From positions 31,092 to 95,091 of the IMG/VR virus record IMGVR_UViG_3300030090_003481: DNA of 64,000 nt; one strand, given 5' to 3'. Under the pieces are notes generated by a model. That model was not told the origin of the DNA. It worked only from the letters and a program-made list of their open reading frames with translations, and made no database searches. The DNA comes from a virus. This document shows positions 10,101 to 18,023 of the stretch, one piece after another. A program made the position numbers and the translations under genes. Position 1 is the first letter of the stretch; every line of letters begins with the position of its first letter.

Positions 10101-12699
10101 TTATGATAGTTATGTTGGTCATGAATATTATGACAAACCTTTAGTTAATAGACGTATTGTTGCACAAGCTTATGCAGCAGCTAAAGGAGGATCTGTTAAA
10201 GCTACTTTTAGTAGCGATGATTTTAAAAATGGTTATTTCCAACAAGAGTGTTACGTATATGAAATAATGAATAGTATTTATGACTATGATCATTATGAAG
10301 ATATGGAAAGTGCAGGAGATAGAAATGGTATGATGAAAGTAGGAGTTCCTTATCCGTATCACAGATCTTATAGTAATGGTTGTAGTAGAGATCAAGATGT
10401 CCCTCGAAATAGATTTATGCAACCTCCTGCAGATAATAGCTGTTATCAACTAGATGATTCAAATAGCGGTATGGATCATTCAAAAGGTTATAGTGGTAAG
10501 GGTAAAGTACAAGCTAGTGCTTATTATGTTTCTCTTAAACAAAATGCTCCTAATGCATTTGGTAATTTATCAAATATTGATTATGTACAAACAGGTAATA
10601 AAATAAATAGATTAGGAAAAGATTATCCTGGTGTTGGATTAGTAGATGATCCTACTGATAATGGTTTTATTATGTTTGGAGGGGATGCTTTTATATCTAA
10701 ATTCGCATTTAGAAAAACTAACCATAATGTACTATGTTATAATTGTGATGGTGGAATTACAGGAGGAGAATTCTCTAGATTTGGAGGTATGTTCCATAAT
10801 AGTATTGTACATTACTATGTAGAGTCATATATAAATTGTGAATATAGGCATAGTCAATGTACAGCATCACCTGGTACATCTACATCTTTATCTGGTTTAA
10901 GCACAAATGATTATGATTCTCATTATCCTTATTGTACACTAGGAAATATTAATGATGGTTTTGGTTTACATGGTGGAGGGTTTTTAGATTCAGAAGATAA
11001 ATACGGAATATCTGACGGTACAAAAAGTACAGAAAAAATACCTGGCAATAAAATACATATCAATAAATATAATTTAAATTATGATTTTATAAAATCTAAT
11101 ACAGAAAAAAGATATAGAGGATTACCTATGACTTATGATTACTGTAGCGGATGTTATGAAAACTATCCAACAAGAATTGTTTATTCACAACAATCATTTA
11201 AAGAAGAAGTATCAGATAACTATAGAGTATTTTTTGCTGAAAATTATTCTGATATACCTGGTCATACAGGAGATATTACAAATCTATTTACTATAGGTAA
11301 TACAATATACGCACACTGTTCTGAATCTTTATGGAGATTATTTAAATCAAGACAAGAAGTAAAAACAGATAATGTTAGTCTTAGAATAGGTACAGGCGCT
11401 TTCTTAGCAGAACCACCACAACAAATGACTGAAGCAGAGTTTGGTTATCTAGGATCACAATCTCAGTGGGCTACAATAGTAACTGAAAATGGTACATTCT
11501 TTGTTGATTCTAGGCAAGGAAGAGTATATTTATTACAAGGAGATAAACCTGTAGATTTATCTAATGTTAGTATGAGAAATTTCTTTGAGAATAATCTAAC
11601 TTTAGAAATTAATGAACAGTATGAAAGATTAACGGGTGATAAATTTCCTTTAGGTGATCATCCACATCACCCTGAAGGATCAGGATTTATAGCTGCATAT
11701 GATTCTAGGCACACTAGATATATACTAACTAAAAGAAGTTATGTATGTTTAGATGAAGATGCTTTATTAAATGGTTATAGAAAAGTAGAAGGTACTCGTG
11801 ATTTTGATCCTGATAAACCATACTTATGGTTAAAACAATACGGTACATCAGATAGTGGTTGGAAAAGATGGGTATACAAAGCAAACAAAACAGCTAGTAT
11901 GCAGTTTGTAAATAATAGTCCAGCGTTTTTTAGAGACACAAGTTATACAGTAAGTTTTAATTTTAGTTTAGGAGCATGGGCATCATTTCATAGTTACAAG
12001 CCTAATGCATATGTAATATTTAAAAACTCTTTCTTTAGTAAAGAAAATAGTTGGAATGTTGATAACTCAGATACTTTATATAAACATGGCGTATCTCCTG
12101 AAGGAAATAATTATACTTGTTTTTATTCATCAAATCCATCACCATTTGCTGTAGATTTTATTGTAACTCAAAATGGATTAACAACTTTTGAATATAACAA
12201 TATACATTGGATAACACATGCTTCTGTATATAACCCAACTACTAGAACATATACTGATCAAAGATATTTTACATTTGACCATGTATTATTTTATAATAGT
12301 TATCAATCTAGTGGCCTTATTAATTTAATAAATAAAGATGGTGTTCCAACAGCCTTAACAACAATATCTAATTTTGATTCACTACATGTAGGACAAACTA
12401 CTATAGCTAGAAAAGAACGTACTTTTTCTATGAATGCTTTACGAGATGCTGTTATAGATAGAACACAACCTTTGTTTACAAAAGACTGGAATGATAATAA
12501 TTATCAATTTGCTCATAACCAAGGTTATTTAGATGCTATTAACTCAAATGCAGTTGGTGTTAAGCCTTGGTTCCAAGCTGAGAGATTTAGAGATAAATAC
12601 TTGGGAATTAGGTTAATTTTTAGTAACTTTGTAGGTACAGATAATTGTAAACTGATCTTTAATTATTTGTATACACAACAAACATTTACAGCTAGGTAA
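7126..12699 (+). CDS. Tail stabilization / muzzle protein (P22 gp10-like) with large Cys/Gly-rich insertions
   Basis: N-terminal KGLNTD..P...YRFALNA, YFTDNNNTVRVLN, GAYQFAVAY, AKTLEQIDNRLVLGN, FMRDEVYALGIV; C-terminal GYLGSQSQW, WASFHSYKP, RFRDKY. These are typical of crAss-like muzzle proteins. Confidence 0.8.
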   Translation: MAEEEKEQSASLKSSLTSSPGKGLNTDTSPEAQPERSYRFALNAMNESQEGDQGFLINEQGNYECGSLNTSDWLVIGHVYTTEDTAIVFLAPRGAGDIGMGKIVEITDSCKSTTIMTSDCLNFSAEYPVQAVYRIRRGCERHIYFTDNNNTVRVLNLDSLRDYLKEGLEDFIIDNPDSYQESPSIWDCEKMGMFPNMTIPDIFIESIIDGGGTLKVGAYQFAVAYQDEDLNSTNFFDISNPIPITKDPIGSPLNEADAFDIQGSEPGETTEKTINLRFDNVDTSFTFLRLVCLPSTSGTGNIDGDVWEIANIPISSETVEFAFSGWDETATPKLGLDDLLIPSLVFERAKTLEQIDNRLVLGNIGNSVTNWSKFQQAANDIAIKYYTTPLYAYSTHHGGPTSYRYYSDYRTFMRDEVYALGIVWIFRNGQESPVFHIPGRKANRDPFGTPYAFNGIPGADPNNPESVDHSSAARAHYNGMIRAEHNRRPIENGFSNSDPDKGGWDTDPVATSLGDKSVSDGDTNHINAMSRDCNTEHLVGYSSAQDGNVARTQRWNVWNTAIRDKYYWLDEDGNRSTRSEDSTTLITEGHMGYYECRDKAYPDKKDCSGARVFPDGNIRHHRMPDTTLEPHYYGDPYRRVRDNSGTAQYCTNTNPYCINDTWVDPSTKYFLTGNNDYGAGWGMGDGAGPAEPANDDSYLLERIISLGIKALNVNIPAGFEDRLQGFKIVRGIRTDQDRSVLDKGITMYNNWGSIAGRCEPETGVGNAGAYVNGWQPAVSSASSWEQCGGLTKGFRHGENSSGWGNKNDWRQCVNDEVTTLLRPYGNYPENCNSNVANNRCMPWWAENDCGPDHSCIEGTGSNGGCGYVEHKPFVGYPHANMPCSRVTTSGSGWGRHTQIFSGGLFNIAYHGPLGKFSTSNINAEYVKYERILVGRVNVTRHNSHEGCDDCGYRPASWTFQYCDFSMSFIPTHDQGRLFRGGAYDGGDDQGGSYDSYVGHEYYDKPLVNRRIVAQAYAAAKGGSVKATFSSDDFKNGYFQQECYVYEIMNSIYDYDHYEDMESAGDRNGMMKVGVPYPYHRSYSNGCSRDQDVPRNRFMQPPADNSCYQLDDSNSGMDHSKGYSGKGKVQASAYYVSLKQNAPNAFGNLSNIDYVQTGNKINRLGKDYPGVGLVDDPTDNGFIMFGGDAFISKFAFRKTNHNVLCYNCDGGITGGEFSRFGGMFHNSIVHYYVESYINCEYRHSQCTASPGTSTSLSGLSTNDYDSHYPYCTLGNINDGFGLHGGGFLDSEDKYGISDGTKSTEKIPGNKIHINKYNLNYDFIKSNTEKRYRGLPMTYDYCSGCYENYPTRIVYSQQSFKEEVSDNYRVFFAENYSDIPGHTGDITNLFTIGNTIYAHCSESLWRLFKSRQEVKTDNVSLRIGTGAFLAEPPQQMTEAEFGYLGSQSQWATIVTENGTFFVDSRQGRVYLLQGDKPVDLSNVSMRNFFENNLTLEINEQYERLTGDKFPLGDHPHHPEGSGFIAAYDSRHTRYILTKRSYVCLDEDALLNGYRKVEGTRDFDPDKPYLWLKQYGTSDSGWKRWVYKANKTASMQFVNNSPAFFRDTSYTVSFNFSLGAWASFHSYKPNAYVIFKNSFFSKENSWNVDNSDTLYKHGVSPEGNNYTCFYSSNPSPFAVDFIVTQNGLTTFEYNNIHWITHASVYNPTTRTYTDQRYFTFDHVLFYNSYQSSGLINLINKDGVPTALTTISNFDSLHVGQTTIARKERTFSMNALRDAVIDRTQPLFTKDWNDNNYQFAHNQGYLDAINSNAVGVKPWFQAERFRDKYLGIRLIFSNFVGTDNCKLIFNYLYTQQTFTAR
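12601..12631 (+). promoter_or_regulatory. Bacteroidota-type promoter inside the muzzle 3' end, upstream of the cargo genes
   Basis: TTG 12601-12603, 20-nt spacer, TAACTTTG 12624-12631. Confidence 0.5.
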
Positions 12700-15467
12700 T
12701 GAAATATAGAAATAAATATCAAGCACAAGGAAGTGTAGGAGCATCATTCGGAAGAAACAATGCGCCACCTCCACCACCAGGCAAACCAAGATTAATGGAT
12801 CATGTTATTGATGTTGGGGAGTTTGCTTTAAATCAAGTGTTAACTCCTTTTGAAACAATAACAGGAACTAACTTTTATGACCCTAAGTTTGAAAGTGATT
12901 TTATGCAAAATACTAGTGATATAAGTTCAGCTATTATAGGAGCTGGTACAGATATAGCTGGTACTATGGTAGCAGGCCCTTTATATCATGCAGGTAAATT
13001 TGGACTAACTAAAGGTAGTCAAGCTTTAGGATTAAAAGATAATACACATTCAGATCATAATGCATGGGCTGAAAAGACAGCTTCTACTATTGGTTTTGTA
13101 GGAGATGCTGCAGGTGTTTTAGCTGGAGGAGTTGCTGAGCACGGTGGTAAAATTAAAAAACACCAAACTACAGGATCTGTATTTAATACTAATTTAGGTC
13201 TTGGTGGTTATGATTTAAATAATTTAGGTATAGGTATGAATATGTTTAATAATAATGCAGGTTCATTACAATTTCCTGAATTAGCTGGAAACTATCAAAA
13301 TATGATGAGTACTGATTTATCAGCTTCTACTTTTCAACCTAGTAATATGGGCTTTAATGTTACTCCAAGTAATTTTGGGGATCCAGGTACATGGGGTCAA
13401 AATACAGTACCAACTGAATTTGGAGGAGGAACATATTCTACAACAAGTAATTACTGGAGACCATTTACAACTGAGAAAGGTAATCTATATAGAGGTCTAG
13501 AAGGAGGTCAACATCTTACTAATAAAGATATAACTTTATTAACTCCAGACTCTAATGTTACTCAATTTGATCCAAATCTAAATTCATATGTAGATGCAGC
13601 AGGAAATCCAACAGAATATTCTGCGTCATTCACACCGAATAACTACAATATGTTTAATAGATTTAGTGATAAATTTATAAAACCATTTGCTAATCAAACT
13701 GCAGTAGGAGCTCAACAATATGGTGATGCAATGGGAAGTAATTTTAAAACTTTATTTGGAAAAGGTCAGGGTAATCTAACAACAAGAATAGGTAATCTAG
13801 ATGCTAAAAGTTTAGGACAAACAGTAGGATTAGCATCTGCAGCTGCAGGTATATATAATACTTGGAAGCCAGGCGCAAGAACTCAATCTCAACTAGTAGG
13901 TGATGCAGAAGCAGCATTAGAAGCTAGTAATCAACAAAAGCTTCTTGATGAAGGATGGATGGGTGGTGGTAATACAGGGTTCTTTAGAGCAGCAGAAAGA
14001 GGAGGTAATATCGGTGAATGTAAAGAATGTAATAAGATGAGAAAACATATGATGAAATACTACAAAGGAGGCTCTGTCAAACCTCAAAAAATGGAGATGG
14101 GGACCAATCCTGATATAATGTCTTACTTAAGTAATTTAAAAGTAGGTGATAAATTTAGTAACTTATTAAATACTGCTACAGATAAATTTGGGGAACTAAA
14201 AAGTTATTTTAATCCTAGCGATGAAATGCCTTATGGTTTAAAGAATGTTACTTATAGAGGTAATAAATTTACTAGAAACCAAAATATGGATGAGTTTGCA
14301 AGACTTGGTAAAAACACAGTAGTAGGACAAGATAGAACATATGATGATTCAGCTAGACAAAATAATGCAGGAATAGGTTATGATAAAAAAGGTATACTTT
14401 CTAACTTAGGGCCTAACCATAGTAAATATAAAATGATGCAACAGCATTTAATGGCTGAGCGTGGCGGTAATATTCCTAAAGCACAATATGGTACTAGTAG
14501 TTTTATGAGCGCACAACCAAGATTTAGCACTCAGTATAATCTTCTAGGAGAAAATAAAGGGTTAACTACTTTAGGTTTTGGCGCAGATTTAAGAAATTGT
14601 TGGGGAGGTACTTGTAGAGATATAGGCGGAGGACAATTTCTTCCAGGCTTCTTTGGTAACTTTACTCCTTATAAAGGTATGGTTCAATCTAATTTTTATA
14701 ATCCTACTACAGGTGAACGAGATAGTGAAATGGTTGAAAAATTGAATATGAAAGGTAATATAGGAGCTAGAGGAAGACTTAATTTAGATTTATATTCATT
14801 AGGATCACCTTCAGGTGTATTTGCAGAAGGGTTTGGTGGTATTAATATGGATTCAGATTTTAATAAATTTTATGGAGGTAAAGCTGGGTTACAATTTAAA
14901 TCTACAAGACCTCAAAAATTACCTACTTTCGGTAATTATAGAGCAAAATCACATGCAGACTTTATGCCTCAATGGCAACTAGATTTATATGGTAAATACG
15001 CTTCAGATAAAGGTAAATCACTTGGCGCAGATTTTAGATATGGTGTATTAGGAGGAGGTATTGAACATAACTTAGATACAAAACAAACTAATATTATGGG
15101 AGGTCTAAGATGGAATCTTGAAAAAGGTGGTGGTGTCAATAACCCAGGATTTAAAGCATTACCTGGTTATGTACAAACTAAGATATTAAGTAATATGGAG
15201 ATGGGTGGTAATGTAGATCCTAATTCTTCAGGAGATGTAGAGATAGAAGTAGAAGGTGGAGAGACTATAAAAACTATTGATGGACAAAATAAAGAATTTT
15301 TTGGACCATCACATGATCAAGGAGGTATTATTACAAAAGCTAATGATGGTGATTTCGTATATCCTAAAGGAACTTGGTCAAAAAGGCATATAAAAAGAAC
15401 TGAAAGACAAGCCGCAATTCTAGCTAAGTTAGAAGAGGCAGGTATTAACACTGAAGGACTAGTATAA
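12699..15467 (+). CDS. Internal virion (cargo/ejection) protein 1, modular
   Basis: Follows the muzzle (TAATG coupling). Has Gly-rich hydrophobic helices, repeated xExGGx(V/I) motifs and a C-terminal EVEGGE...GPSHDQGGI motif. Confidence 0.65.
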   Translation: MKYRNKYQAQGSVGASFGRNNAPPPPPGKPRLMDHVIDVGEFALNQVLTPFETITGTNFYDPKFESDFMQNTSDISSAIIGAGTDIAGTMVAGPLYHAGKFGLTKGSQALGLKDNTHSDHNAWAEKTASTIGFVGDAAGVLAGGVAEHGGKIKKHQTTGSVFNTNLGLGGYDLNNLGIGMNMFNNNAGSLQFPELAGNYQNMMSTDLSASTFQPSNMGFNVTPSNFGDPGTWGQNTVPTEFGGGTYSTTSNYWRPFTTEKGNLYRGLEGGQHLTNKDITLLTPDSNVTQFDPNLNSYVDAAGNPTEYSASFTPNNYNMFNRFSDKFIKPFANQTAVGAQQYGDAMGSNFKTLFGKGQGNLTTRIGNLDAKSLGQTVGLASAAAGIYNTWKPGARTQSQLVGDAEAALEASNQQKLLDEGWMGGGNTGFFRAAERGGNIGECKECNKMRKHMMKYYKGGSVKPQKMEMGTNPDIMSYLSNLKVGDKFSNLLNTATDKFGELKSYFNPSDEMPYGLKNVTYRGNKFTRNQNMDEFARLGKNTVVGQDRTYDDSARQNNAGIGYDKKGILSNLGPNHSKYKMMQQHLMAERGGNIPKAQYGTSSFMSAQPRFSTQYNLLGENKGLTTLGFGADLRNCWGGTCRDIGGGQFLPGFFGNFTPYKGMVQSNFYNPTTGERDSEMVEKLNMKGNIGARGRLNLDLYSLGSPSGVFAEGFGGINMDSDFNKFYGGKAGLQFKSTRPQKLPTFGNYRAKSHADFMPQWQLDLYGKYASDKGKSLGADFRYGVLGGGIEHNLDTKQTNIMGGLRWNLEKGGGVNNPGFKALPGYVQTKILSNMEMGGNVDPNSSGDVEIEVEGGETIKTIDGQNKEFFGPSHDQGGIITKANDGDFVYPKGTWSKRHIKRTERQAAILAKLEEAGINTEGLV

Positions 15468-18013
15468 TGAAGAAAAAAAATAACATACCACTTACTGAAG
15501 AAGAGATTAACTCTTTAATGAAAGAACTCAAAAATATTGAGATCGAAGATATGGCAGATCGTGCTAAAATAATAGAGCGATCTGAGAAATTAGAAATGCA
15601 AGATAAAGCTGATTTAACTGCATTAATGGAGAGAGGAGGTAAAGTTAGTCACAAAAAAGGAGGAGGGTTTACCTATAAGATGGGTGGTAAGGTTAAGACT
15701 ATGTCTGAGTACATGAAAGATTTAATGGGAGGTAGAGAGTTTCTTGAAAACAATTTCCAAGGAGGAGGTTCAGTGCGAGACATTATGCTAATGAATGCGC
15801 AAATGACTAATATGCAACAACCACCTATGATGCAGACTAGAGGAAATGTTGAGGATGATGGTTTTGAAACTAAACCTAAACAGAAAGATTATAAAGATGA
15901 AAGAGGTAGGTGGAAGCCAGAAGGATTTATGGATTATAATAATGCATTAATGGATTGGAATGCTATATATCATCCAGAAAGAAATAATCCAGATAATATA
16001 ACAATTACAACTGAGCCTTCAGAAGGAAGTCGGACTGCTGAAATGATAAAAAGTATAGATGAAAAGTCAGTTACTAATCCACCTGTAGTTACATATACAG
16101 ACGATGCTACAATAAATAATGTAGAGACACAAAATGATTTTTCATTTGAAGATCTTATGAGAACTCCTACAATACCTATGGAAGGAGCGCCTAATACGCC
16201 TCCTCCTCGTACAGGTCCTCCATATACAGCTGATAATCCTAATCCTAACCCTAACTCTGGTGCAGAAATAGACGATGATTATGTTGTAACTTTAGATGAT
16301 GTAGATCCTAATGCAACTAATGTAACAGATCCTAATGCAATAGATTATAACAACTTAGGAGAAATAGATTATACTGTAGACCCTGATACAGGTGAGCCTT
16401 TAACAGACCCAAGAGATCCTAGAAGAGATCCATTGACTGCAGAAATACTAGATACATCTGAATTAAATCAACCAGTAGAGTCAACTGTATCTACTAATCC
16501 TTTACCTACATATAAAGAATCTGTGCTACAAGAGCATGCAGATATGTATGGAGTAAAGCCAGAGGATATGGAGTGGTATGATAATAAACAACAATGGTTT
16601 CCTAAAGATGGTGCTGAAAGTATTTATGGAGATACTTGGATTAAAGATGTAGAAGGTGATGATCCTGAAGGACCAGTAGGTGCATGGGCAGATGATGCTA
16701 GAAATTATGAATTTGATGCAGAAGGTAATCCAATAAGAGAAGTACCTGCTAATAAGACTATGGATAGGCTAAGAGGTGAGTATGAAAATTTAGGCCGTAC
16801 ACCTTCATATGAAGAATATGATCTTGCATGGCAAATGGAAAACCCAAACGCACCAGATAACCAACGGCCTAGTTTTGAAGATTATCAAGCATTGTTTGGT
16901 ACTCCAGATCCTTCTCAATTACCTATAGATGATCCTTTACATCCTGACTATTTAAAAAATAAATACCCTACAGTAGAAGGAGGTCCACCAAATGTAGGAG
17001 AGATTGATAGGAATAATAATGGTATGCCTGATTATTTAGAAAGACAAGCAGAAATACCTACACTACCTATTCAAGAAATACCTAGTATTACTGATCCGAA
17101 TGCATTACAACTTCCAGAACTATCAACTGCTGACCCTATAGATGTGACTACTAGTGGAGGAGATTTACAAGAAGAAGCTGCAAAAAGATATGGGTTTACA
17201 ATGGATGAAGATGAAAATAGTCCTACATTTGGAGAGTACTTTAAAGGAGATGATCAGTTAATGTGGGATGATAATATGGAAATGTGGGTACCTGGTAGTA
17301 TGATGAATTTACCACCTGCTAACAATGTAGCTAAACCTAGACAAACGATTAAAGAGCTGCTTGAAGGAATGAACATTAAAAAGAATTTACCTGATATATT
17401 AGGAGGAGCAGGTTCAGCTATATCAGGTTTTGGTCCATTAGCGACAACACTTAAAGCTGGAATGGATACAGATGAAATAAATTACTTTGAAGATATAGAA
17501 AATGCTGCTATTGCAGATCAAGAAAAAGCTTTAAATGTATTTGATGATGGAAAAGAAAGTGCAAGAAGAGTAATAGATAGACAAAGAAGACAAGGAATAA
17601 ATAGGCTAGATGATTATGTAATGAGTGCTGGACAAAGAAGAGCAGGTGCACGAGCATTAGATGTAGCAGCTATGGAACAGATGCCTTTATCTGATTTAAG
17701 ATTTGATACACAAAAATCTCAACTATATAATCAAATAGCGCAAACAAGATTCCAAGGTGATATAGCAGATGCTACTGGAGCTACAGCAAGAGATGATAAA
17801 TTAGATCAAAATAGAGATAATTATTATAGTAATTTGTCAGAAAATTTAAGTAACTTGGGCACCCAAACACAGAACTTTGCAAAACAGATGGGTCAAAAAA
17901 GAACAAATCAATTACAAGAGTTAGCTTATTTAAACAATATGTCTAGAGGAGAAATGGATCCTTTTATTATTGTAGATGGTCAAATTGTACCAAATCCTAA
18001 TTATGTAGGGTAA
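15467..18013 (+). CDS. Internal virion (cargo/ejection) protein 2
   Basis: N-terminal GG motifs, long Pro/Asp-rich low-complexity middle, then a hydrophobic GGAGSAISGFGPL segment and a coiled-coil C-terminus. Confidence 0.6.
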   Translation: MKKKNNIPLTEEEINSLMKELKNIEIEDMADRAKIIERSEKLEMQDKADLTALMERGGKVSHKKGGGFTYKMGGKVKTMSEYMKDLMGGREFLENNFQGGGSVRDIMLMNAQMTNMQQPPMMQTRGNVEDDGFETKPKQKDYKDERGRWKPEGFMDYNNALMDWNAIYHPERNNPDNITITTEPSEGSRTAEMIKSIDEKSVTNPPVVTYTDDATINNVETQNDFSFEDLMRTPTIPMEGAPNTPPPRTGPPYTADNPNPNPNSGAEIDDDYVVTLDDVDPNATNVTDPNAIDYNNLGEIDYTVDPDTGEPLTDPRDPRRDPLTAEILDTSELNQPVESTVSTNPLPTYKESVLQEHADMYGVKPEDMEWYDNKQQWFPKDGAESIYGDTWIKDVEGDDPEGPVGAWADDARNYEFDAEGNPIREVPANKTMDRLRGEYENLGRTPSYEEYDLAWQMENPNAPDNQRPSFEDYQALFGTPDPSQLPIDDPLHPDYLKNKYPTVEGGPPNVGEIDRNNNGMPDYLERQAEIPTLPIQEIPSITDPNALQLPELSTADPIDVTTSGGDLQEEAAKRYGFTMDEDENSPTFGEYFKGDDQLMWDDNMEMWVPGSMMNLPPANNVAKPRQTIKELLEGMNIKKNLPDILGGAGSAISGFGPLATTLKAGMDTDEINYFEDIENAAIADQEKALNVFDDGKESARRVIDRQRRQGINRLDDYVMSAGQRRAGARALDVAAMEQMPLSDLRFDTQKSQLYNQIAQTRFQGDIADATGATARDDKLDQNRDNYYSNLSENLSNLGTQTQNFAKQMGQKRTNQLQELAYLNNMSRGEMDPFIIVDGQIVPNPNYVG

Positions 18014-18023
18014 ATTATAAATT

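Noticed and set aside
16150-17150. Pro/Asp-rich repeats (DPN, NPNPNPN, DPRDPRRDP) in cargo protein 2 as a DNA repeat element
   Set aside because: This is protein-level low complexity without a regular nucleotide repeat unit, and is consistent with a disordered linker.
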